Assembly (NCBI RefSeq): GCF_009914755.1
Contig: NC_060931.1
Direction: 5' to 3' (one strand)
DNA: 64,000 bases
DNA from: the human T2T-CHM13v2.0 reference genome, Homo sapiens
Shown here: piece after piece, positions 42,885-64,000 of the stretch
How the letters are laid out: every line of letters begins with the position of its first letter
Numbering within the stretch: the stretch's first letter is position 1
The notes under the pieces: model-generated
What the model was told of the DNA's origin: nothing
Database searches by the model: none
Seen by the model: the letters and a program-made list of their open reading frames with translations, nothing else
Made by a program: the position numbers and the translations under genes

Positions 42885-42921
<37 letters not shown>
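42885..42921. repeat. (CA)n microsatellite; others: (CA)n about 17878-17903, (GGGA)n about 28448-28500, GA-rich about 16285-16432
   Basis: Direct inspection. Confidence 0.92.
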
Positions 42922-42924
<3 letters not shown>

Positions 42925-43095
42925 TTTTTAAATAGACTGGGTACAATGACTCATGCCTGTAATCCCAGCACCCTGAGAGGCCGAGACAGGAGGATCACTT
43001 GAGCCCAGGAGTTTGGACTAGCCTGGGCAACACAATGAGACCCTATCTCTATAAAAAATACAAAAATTAGCCAAGAGTGGTGGCACACACCTCTA

Positions 43096-43492
<397 letters not shown>

Positions 43493-43647
43493 CTACAGCC
43501 TGAGCAAGGCTCTGTCTAAAAAAAAAAAAAAAAAAGCTATGTATAAATTACAAGTAAACAAATAAATAAAAACTCAACTCCCAAGGAGACAGGAGTCCAG
43601 CTCAAATCTGTCTCCCTGTGCTGGCCTTCAGTCAATCATTTTATTAG

Positions 43648-44085
<438 letters not shown>

Positions 44086-44715
44086 TGACCAGGCTGGTCT
44101 CGAACTCCTGACCCCGTGATCCACCCCCCCCCCCCCCCCCCTCGGCCTTCCAAAGTGCTGGGATTACAGGCGTGAGCCATTGCGCCCGGCCCACCATCTT
44201 GGTTCTAACCAATGCCAGCCAGTTCTTTAATCTCATAAGTAGAGGGAGCTTCAGCGTTTCAGAAAGTCGTTTCTTTTCTCATCGGCCATCCTGCAGACTC
44301 AAGAATTTGTTAGTGTTTTTGTTTTGTTTTTTTTAACTACATGGGACATGATTTCACCTCCATCTCACTTTCTTCCCAACTGCACTGGGTTGAATAAACA
44401 TCTAAAATATATCTTAAAGATGCCCAGTGGATTTGATTATCAAGCGGTCATCTCTGCCCTTGACCAGAGAATTTCCAGTGGAGTGATGGGGGCAGAAGAC
44501 GGATTAGGGTCCATTGAGGAGAGTACAGGATGGGGGAGTAGAGACAGAGAGCTTTGGCGGGCTGACAGAATGTTCTAGATCCTCATAGTCAGGGAGGTTC
44601 TGTGACTATACAACTTTTTCAAAATTGATAAAACTGCACACTGAAAGGATTGAATTTCACTAGATATAAATTATACCTCAATAAAACTGACATATATAAA
44701 AATATAAAAATTTAA

Positions 44716-45222
<507 letters not shown>

Positions 45223-46435
45223 TGAATAGTCTTGGTTCGATAATTACTCTGCTCCAATAATTATTTTATCATGTATGTTTTATTTCTAAAATATTCACTA
45301 CCGTGACTGTTCCATAAAGCCTTTATTCTCAATTCCCTGATCACCATTTTTACACTTGTACAGTATTAATAACATCTTCTCTTTTGGTAATGTCTTTTTT
45401 TTCTGTCTGATGAACAAAAAGTACTTTGCAGGCGTTTTATATCGCTGTCAGGTAGTTAGGAAAGGAAAAGAGATTTTGCAGATGGAAAAAATATATAGAC
45501 ACAATGTATTGGCAGTTCGGGTGGAAAATGACCAAAAATGAACGTGTCATGAACATGCAATGTTTACCTGGACAGAAGGGCAAGATTTCTCTCATTCAGA
45601 GGCTGTGCTAAATCCCCTGAGCACGATGTGCAAACTTACAGCACGCCCTGCCCAGGGGCAGGTCCCAAGCTGACACCAACCCCAATGGGTCACCCTCCAG
45701 CAGCAGGCATTTTCCCAGCCACCACCGCAGATAGCTCACTGAGTCCAAGCCAGAAAACAGGGCATCTTCCCTCAACAAACACAGAGTTTCTGGGTTGTTG
45801 GGCTTTTCCAGATTTATCTGCTTTATGGCAAGACCCTTCTGCAGAATCTTCCCACTGTGGCCCAGCACCGAGTCAGCTCCAGACAGTGGCAATCCTTATA
45901 ACAAGGTGGGCATATCAGGTACGGAGCCTGTGCATGATTGTTAAGATGTGCAGAGGGGTTTGCAGCAGACCTGGCCAAATGCAGCTAGCAGTGTTGAGTA
46001 ACTGGTATGCTGACCACCACGCCACGAGCATGCATCACACTTGCCAGCTTGTCGTGAACGGGAAAAGCTCACTTTGGGAATTCCTGAATGAGCTGGGATT
46101 TGAACCAGAAGCCATGCCCCTTCTATGGGCTTTTCTTTCTATAAATCGATCACACGGGCCTCTGGTGAAATTGACAGAGGATTCTCCCAAATCCCTTGTC
46201 TCACTAGCCGCTACCCCTCTCCTGTCTCAAGGCAGATCATGTTTCCCAAAAGCAGCCACAGCAGTATCTCCCATCCCACCCGCTCTTCTTAAAGTAAAAC
46301 AACGGGGGCTGCATCTTCTCCCCTTGAAACTGGGCCAGCCTCTGGGACCGCCTTGACCAGTAGAACAAGGCAGAAGTGACGTTGTGTGACTTCCGAGGCT
46401 AGGTCAAAACCCACAAATGCCACAGACATGATGTG

Positions 46436-46778
46436 TGATACGGCTGTGCTCTGTGTCCCCACCCAAATCTGACGTCGAATTATAATCGTCCATGTTGGAG
46501 ATGGAGCCTGGTGGGAGGCGATTTGATCACCAGGGCAGTTTCTAATGGTTTAGCACTGTCCCCCTGGTGCTGTCCCGTGATAGAGTTGTCACGAGATCTG
46601 GTTGGTTAAAAGTGTGTGGCGCATCCCCCTTCACTCTCTCTTCCACTTGCTACCCCCACGCAAGATGTGCCTGTTGCCGCTTTGCCCTTCTGCCATGATT
46701 GTAAGTTTCCTGAGGCCTCCCCAGAAGCAGAAGCCTGTGCACCTCACAGAACTGTGAGCCAATTAAAACCTCTTTTCT
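46436..46778 (+). mobile_element. MST-type LTR, 3' end cut by an Alu
   Basis: CTGTGTCCCCACCCAAATC ... GAACTGTGAGCCAATTAAAACCTC. Confidence 0.75.
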
Positions 46779-46899
46779 AACCAGCTGCAGTGGCTCACGC
46801 CTGTAATCCCACCACTTTGGGAGGCTGAGGCAGACGGATCACCTGAGGTCGGGAGTTCAAGACCAGCTTGACCAACATGGAGAAACCCCGTCTCTACTA

Positions 46900-47058
<159 letters not shown>

Positions 47059-48242
47059 TCAAAAAAAAAAAAAAAAAAAGTCTTTAAAAGGCATTTGTTT
47101 GGCCAGGTGCAGTGGCTCACACCTGTAAGCCCAGTTCTTTGGGAAATCACGGTAGGAGCATCACTTGGGGCCAGAAGCTTGAGACCACCTTGGACAATGT
47201 AGCAAGACCCCATCTCTACAAAAAATATAAAAATTAGCCAGGCATGGTGGTGCCCATCTGCAGTCCCTGAGTCCAGGAGATCAAGGCTGCAGTGAGCTAT
47301 GATTGCACTCCAGCCTGGGTGACAAAACAAGACCATGTATTGAAAAGAAAAAAGAAACTTGTTTACATTTTTAAAGAGGATTTATTTGAGAAACATATAA
47401 AAACACCACAGACACTTCATCAGCCACTCTACACAATAAAATAGACATAATAACATGCATATTTTTGCAAGCATAAATACTCAGGTATAGTATAGTAATG
47501 ACAGTCACACAGGTCAACAGTTATGAACAGATGAACTGTATTCTTAAAGAAATAGGTCAAAAAGCAAAATGTATGAACGTATATCACTCCGGTTTGTAAT
47601 TGCGTGCGGCCAGCTGTATAACTGTGGTCATCTGAAACGCTGCGACAGACAACCTGTTTTTTGATGAGATCCATTAGAAACCACAACGGACCAGGAGCGG
47701 TGGCTCACGCCTGTAATCCCAGCACTTTGGGAGGCTGAGGTGGGTGGATCACGAGGTCAGGAGTTCAAGACCAGCCTGGCCAACATGGTGAAACCCCATC
47801 TCTACTAAAAATACAAAAAAACTAGCCGGGCACGGTGGTGCATGCCTGTAATCCCAGCTACTCGGGAGGCTAAAGCAGAGAATTGCTTGAACCTAGGAGG
47901 CGGAGGTTGCAGTGAGCCAAGGTCACGCCACTGTACTCCAGCCTGGGCAACAGAGCAAGACCCCATCTCAAAAAACAAAAACAAACAAACAAATAAAAAA
48001 AACCCACAATGGGTCAGCACTGCATGTACAGTGGCCCAAAGAGTCACGACCTCGAGATTTCTTTCACAAATTCAGGTGTACTAAAAGAACATCTCTTCGT
48101 TTACTGAGGAAGGTCCAACATTTTTATGTACACACACCATGCTTACCCATGAAGTCACTCTGATCATGCACTTTCCTGGAGTTAACTTCCCCCCAGAAAC
48201 TGCATAAAATGAATTAGAACTCTCTAAAAGTCTTTACACAAT

Positions 48243-48560
48243 TTATACCTCCAGTATTGGAAATGATGCAAAGGCGAAATACCTAGCATCGCGAATTGGT
48301 GACCCTGTGTGAAGGGGCAGAAGTCGTACATGATCGAATAATTTGGCAGGGGAGATTTCTTGTATTTCATTTTTCACCTGCATTTTCATTTCTTCTGTAA
48401 TCTTGGAAACACTTGCTGCACTTATGTTTGGAGAGTGGTTGTGGTCTACTGATTTTGTAAGCATGTGCTGGCCATTGCAATTAAGCGATTTTCTGCTTTT
48501 GAAGCACCAATAATAATTAGCCTTTAAACTTTTATCTTTTACCATTAAGTAGCCCCGTAT
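48243..48560 (-). pseudogene. Degenerate FLYWCH zinc-finger segment of a MULE transposase
   Basis: GYLMVKDK...YYWC...C...DHNHSP fits the FLYWCH pattern (aromatic residue-W-x-C...C...HNH). Confidence 0.7.
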
Positions 48561-48670
48561 GTATAATATGGCCTTTTATTTTCAAGGGGACAGTTTCACA
48601 GGTCTCTTCCATTGTGTCTTAAGGAATACAGGAAGAATGAATGATATTTCGCTTTTCCCAATACCAAATC

Positions 48671-49265
48671 TGTATTAATCAGGGTTCTCCAGGGAGACAG
48701 AACCAACAGAATATGGATATGGATGGATGAGAGGGAATTTATTGGAGGGGTTGGCTTACATGGTTATAGGGGCTGAGAAGTCTTATGATAGACCATCTGC
48801 AAGCTGGAGACCCTGGGGTGATGGCAGCTTTGTGGTTCAGTTCAAGTCTGAAGGCCTCAGAACCAGGGGAGTTGATGGTGTAACTCTTCAGTCCAACGCT
48901 AAAAGCCTCAGGACCCAGTGGGGGCCACTGGTGTAAGTCCTGGAGCCCACAGACCTGTGAGGCTGGGGCAGATCTGATGTCCAAGGCAGCAGCAGCAAAG
49001 TCTGTCCCAGCTCCCAGAGAGACCAGTTTGACTTCTGTATTTGCTCTGTCTGGGCTTGCAGCTGATTGGATGGTGCCCACCAACACTGAAGGCACATCTT
49101 CCCCAACCAGTTCACTCAGGCCCACACTAATCTCCTCTGGAAACACCTTTGCAGACACACCTCAAAGACACAATGATGCTTTTTATAATAATAATAATAA
49201 TAAACTTGGTTAGGTTTCTAGGTATTCCTTAATCCAGTCAAGTTGGCCCACTAAATTAAGTCCAT
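48671..49265 (-). mobile_element. MLT2B-like (ERV-L) LTR
   Basis: TGTATTAATCAGGGTTCTCCAGGGAGACAGAACCAA terminus; GCTGATTGGATGGTGCCCACC; CCTTAATCCAGTCAAGTTG. Confidence 0.8.
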
Positions 49266-49484
49266 ACATCTATCCCTGTTCAACTTGGCCTCTGGGGATC
49301 TGCTTAAGTCATACTTAATTTTCGGATAAAGACAATAACAAGATAATAGGTCCATCTCACATGATGTAACTATCATGCTACAATAGAAAATGCACAAAGT
49401 CCTTCCCCAGAATTAGGCTTTCGGGACTTCAACATTGGAAATTTTAAGCTTTGTGGATTGTAATTTGGGGGATTTTAGATATTA

Positions 49485-49539
49485 GGTGGATCACCTAAAG
49501 TCGGGAGTTCAAGACCAGCCTGACCAAGATGGTGAAACC
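49485..49539 (+). mobile_element. Alu fragment interrupted by the HERV-K integration
   Basis: GGTGGATCACCTAAAGTCGGGAGTTCAAGACCAGCCTGACCAAGATGGTGAAACC (B-box region) stops abruptly at the LTR. Confidence 0.88.
49534..49539 (-). other. Putative 6-bp target-site duplication (GGTTTC on the proviral strand)
   Basis: GAAACC abuts the LTR end; HML-2 makes 5-6 bp TSDs; the partner copy lies outside the window. Confidence 0.65.
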
Positions 49540-49709
49540 TGTAGGGGTGGGTTGCCCCTACACACCTGTGGGTGTTTCTCGTAAGGTGGGACGAGAGATT
49601 TGGAAAAGAAAAAGACACAGAGACAAAGTATAGAGAAAGAAAGAAGGGGACCCGGGGAACCAGCGTTCAGCATATGGAGGATCCCGCCAGCCTCTGAGTT
49701 CCCTTAGTA

Positions 49710-49715
49710 TTTATT
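49710..49715 (-). terminator. Poly(A) signal AATAAA in the terminal 3' LTR
   Basis: tttatt on the plus strand; the homologous site 58214-58219 reads tttact (AGTAAA). Confidence 0.85.
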
Positions 49716-49810
49716 GATCATCTGTGGGTGTTTCTCGAAGAGGGGGATGTGTCAGGGTCACAAGACAATTGTGGGGAGAGGGTCAGCAGACAAACATGTG
49801 AACAAAGGTC

Positions 49811-49828
49811 TTTGCATCATAGACAATG
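49811..49828 (-). promoter_or_regulatory. OCT4-like octamer (ATGCAAA) with a nearby SOX-like CATTGT; also at 58315-58332. TATA-like TATAAAA at 49971-49977 and 58475-58481
   Basis: Minus strand CATTGTCTATGATGCAAA; LTR5_Hs is known as an OCT4-responsive element in pluripotent cells; function at this copy is not shown. Confidence 0.6.
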
Positions 49829-50461
49829 TAAAGGATTAAGTGCTGTGCTTTTAGATATGCATACACATAAACATCTCAGTGCTTTACAAAGCAGTATTGC
49901 TGCCCGCAGGTCCCACCTCCAGCCCTAAGGCGGTTTTTCCCTATCTCAGTAGATGGAGCATACAATCGGGTTTTATACCGAGACATTCCATTGCCCAGGG
50001 ACAGGCAGGAGACAGATGCCTTCCTCTTGTCTCAACTGCAAGAGGCATTCCTTCCTCTTTTACTAATCCTCCTCAGCACAGACCCTTTACGGGTGTCGGG
50101 CTGGGGGACGGTCAGGTCTTTCCCTTCCCACGAGGCCATATTTCAGACTTTCACATGGGGAGAAACCTTGGACAATACCTGGCTTTCCTAGGCAGAGGTC
50201 CCTGCGGCCTTCCGCACTTTTTGTGTCCCTGGGTACTTGAGATTAGGGAGTGGTGATGACTCTTAAGGAGCATGCTGCCTTCAAGCATCTGTTTAACAAA
50301 GCACATCCTGCACCGCCCTTAATCCATTCAACTCTGAGTGGACACAGCACATGTTTCAGAGAGCACGGGGTTGGGGGTAAGGTCATAGATTAACAGAATC
50401 TCAAGGCAGAAGAATTTTTCTTAGTACATAACAAAATGGAGTCTCCTATGTCTACTTCTTT

Positions 50462-56080
<5,619 letters not shown>

Positions 56081-57929
56081 GACAATGGTTGCCCATTTTT
56101 ATCAAATTTAGAACGACATTGACTAGCCCAATGTTTTCCTTTTTTACATCTTGGACATAAGTCAGGTGGCTCTCTACCTGTTGTAGTTGCTTGAATAGTT
56201 ATATTCTGTTTATTTAAGACTGGGCAATTCTTTTTTAAGTGACCAATTTGACCACAATTATAACATTTTCTTCCAAATGTTCTAACTTGTCCTCCTAAAA
56301 CAACTCCTGTTATTGCTTGAGCCATAAGCATAGCTTTATGCATAGCTCCTCCGATTCCATCACAGGCTTTTACATATTCTGAGATTACATCTGATCCTGC
56401 AGGAACCTTTCCTTTTAATGGCTTAATGGCTGATTGACACTCAGGATTGGCGTTTTCATATGCCATCAACTCCACTATGACCTTACGGGCTTTTTCATCG
56501 GCAATTGACTTTTGAGCAACATCTTGGAGCCTTGCCACAAAATCAGGATAGGGCTCTTTTGAACCTTGTCTTACTGTATTAAATGAGGGGCAGGTACTTC
56601 CTGGGTCTTGGATTTTTTCCCAGGCTCTAAGGCAGATAGCTCTAATTTGCTCAATGGCCTCATTTTGCATTAATGCTTGTTGACTAATAGTACTCCAATT
56701 TTGACCTATTCCTAATAGTTGATCTGCATCTATGTTAACTGGAGGATTGGCAGCCCTATTTCTTCGGACCTGTTCTTGTACCCCATCAATCCACCAAGTC
56801 TTAAATTGTAAAAATTGAGAGGGTGAGAGAGACGATTTTGCCAGAATCTCCCAATCATAAGGAATGAGTCTATGTCCATGAGCAATGGAATCTAATAATG
56901 TCCTCATATAAGGGGAGTTGGGTCCATACTGTTTTACTCCCTCTTTCATATCTTTTAGCTTTTTTATCGAAAAAGACTTGTATCTGGCCTCAACTGTGGG
57001 AGGCTCTCCCTCTTGGGCTCCTTCTCCAGGTGGCATCGGTTCTAACGTTACTGGGAATTGCCATGCCTCAGTATCTCCTTCCTTTCTTGATTTATCAATA
57101 ATTTCATGTAATTTACTACCCTGTCTACTAGGTGGTGCCGTAGGATTAAGTCTCCTAGTGGGCGGCTGAGGGTATGGCGCCCTGCCCTGTGGTGCTGGGG
57201 GCATTCCTGGATATCCATACTGACTTTCTGGGGATGGCCGATACTGAAGTTCAGCCGGAGGCCAGTATTGATAGGCTACTGGCGGTTGGGTCTTATTTTC
57301 TTTAACCTGCTTTTGAGGTTGTAATGTTACAGGCACCTGACCTGCTGGAAGAGGACTTGTGCCTCATGGTTTAGACTCTGATGGCCCCACTAATTCTGGA
57401 CCTTTTCCTTCTAATTTTAACGTTTCAGGATATATCACCTCCTGTAATTGATTATAGTCAACATTTTGCGTTGACTGAGCCATTACCGGCTCTGCTACAT
57501 ATTCGCAATGTAAACCTTCCGTTTCTTTCTGGGATTTTTTCCTTGTGTTTTCATTACAATCTATTATACAGCTTCCAGGGGCATCAGAAACTGAAACGCT
57601 ATCTTCTTCTGTTTGAAATGGTTCTAAAGCTGCTTTAATAATGGCCCAATCATTCCATACTGTAAGTGGAATGATATTACCCTTCCTACCTGCTTGTTTT
57701 AGTTCCTTACCAATTCTTTTCCAATCTTTTAGATCTAAAGTTCCTTGTTCTGGAAACCATGGGCAAAATTGTTCTATTATTTGAAATAGCTTGATTAGAT
57801 TTTTTGTAGATACTTTAACTCCCCGTCTTTTTAAAAGAATTTTAATAAAGCTGAGATAAGAGGCATATTTACTTTTAATTTTACTTTTAGTTTGCCCCAT
57901 TATCACCCTAGCTTCTTCCGAGCGCACAA

Positions 57930-57938
57930 GCTTACCGT
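57930..57938 (-). promoter_or_regulatory. Major splice donor of copy A (ACG|GTAAGC)
   Basis: Strong donor between PBS and gag ATG; matching env acceptor TTTCACCAG|GAG at about 52613. Confidence 0.8.
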
Positions 57939-58023
57939 AAGGCTGACTGTAGATGTACTCGGGATCTCTCGTCGACTTGTCCTCAATGACCACGCTCGAG
58001 CGTACCTTCACCCTAGAGAAAAG

Positions 58024-58041
58024 ACTCCACGTTGGGCACCA
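58024..58041 (-). promoter_or_regulatory. tRNA-Lys primer binding site (copy A)
   Basis: TGGTGCCCAACGTGGAGT, 2 nt downstream of the LTR end; similar to the complement of the tRNA-Lys(CUU) 3' end. Confidence 0.92.
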
Positions 58042-58965
58042 GATGTAGGGGTGGGTTGCCCCTACACACCTGTGGGTGTTTCTCGTAAGGTGGGACGAGA
58101 GATTTGGAAAAGAAAAAGACACAGAGACAAAGTATAGAGAAAGAAAGAAGGGGACCCGGGGAACCAGCGTTCAGCATATGGAGGATCCCGCCAGCCTCTG
58201 AGTTCCCTTAGTATTTACTGATCATCTGTGGGTGTTTCTCGAAGAGGGGGATGTGTCAGGGTCACAAGACAATTGTGGGGAGAGGGTCAGCAGACAAACA
58301 TGTGAACAAAGGTCTTTGCATCATAGACAATGTAAAGGATTAAGTGCTGTGCTTTTAGATATGCATACACATAAACATCTCAGTGCTTTACAAAGCAGTA
58401 TTGCTGCCCGCAGGTCCCACCTCCAGCCCTAAGGCGGTTTTTCCCTATCTCAGTAGATGGAGCATACAATCGGGTTTTATACCGAGACATTCCATTGCCC
58501 AGGGACAGGCAGGAGACAGATGCCTTCCTCTTGTCTCAACTGCAAGAGGCATTCCTTCCTCTTTTACTAATCCTCCTCAGCACAGACCCTTTACGGGTGT
58601 CGGGCTGGGGGACGGTCAGGTCTTTCCCTTCCCACGAGGCCATATTTCAGGCTATCACATGGGGAGAAACGTTGGACAATACCTGGCTTTCCTAGGCAGA
58701 GGTCCCTGCGGCCTTCCGCAGTTTTTGTGTCCCTGGGTACTTGAGATTAGGGAGTGGTGATGACTCTTAAGGAGCATGCTGCCTTCAAGCATCTGTTTAA
58801 CAAAGCACATCCTGCACCGCCCTTAATCCATTTAACCCTGAGTGGACACAGCACATGTTTCAGAGAGCACGGGGTTGGGGGTAAGGTCATAGATTAACAG
58901 AATCTCAAGGCAGAAGAATTTTTCTTAGTACATAACAAAATGGAGTCTCCTATGTCTACTTCTTT

Positions 58966-64000
<5,035 letters not shown>

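Larger units (their letters stand above)
47360..49484. mobile_element. Ricksha-like MULE/MuDR DNA transposon fossil carrying an MLT2 LTR, interrupted by an Alu (47690-48003)
   Basis: FLYWCH-like remnant; internal MLT2; GGGATT-type subterminal repeats at about 49410-49485. Family recognised from memory; boundaries approximate. Confidence 0.65.

Noticed and set aside
45628-46356. 242-aa plus-strand ORF
   Set aside because: Non-ATG start, no recognisable domain, and it appears to run through repeat remnants; no support for coding.

Overview
Human (primate) genomic DNA, apparently intergenic. Bases 1-49.5 kb are a dense mosaic of about 50 Alus, L1/L2/MIR fragments, solo LTRs (THE1/MST/MLT1, MLT2, an ERV1-class LTR), a Ricksha-like MULE fossil and microsatellites. 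I could not support any cellular exon there. From 49540 to the window end lies a minus-strand, head-to-tail TANDEM HERV-K (HML-2) type 2 provirus with a period of exactly 8504 bp: LTR (49540-50507), env-pol-pro-gag (copy A), shared LTR (58044-59011), then env-pol-pro (copy B, running off the window). The structure, the GGTTTC flank and the CIDD reverse transcriptase match my recollection of HERV-K108/HML-2.HOM (ERVK-6, 7p22.1), so the locus itself is probably known. The most interesting details come from comparing the copies by eye. Copy A has a gag nonsense codon and a YIDD>CIDD RT. Copy B has YIDD but a TCA>TAA pol stop 345 bp upstream of it, so the pol lesions are complementary. The shared LTR alone has its poly(A) signal changed from AATAAA to AGTAAA, which predicts read-through across both proviruses. 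The LTRs differ at 7/968 sites, the internal regions at only about 5/4989. Both env and rec frames are intact. Repeat subfamily names are from memory of consensus sequences and need RepeatMasker/Dfam confirmation.
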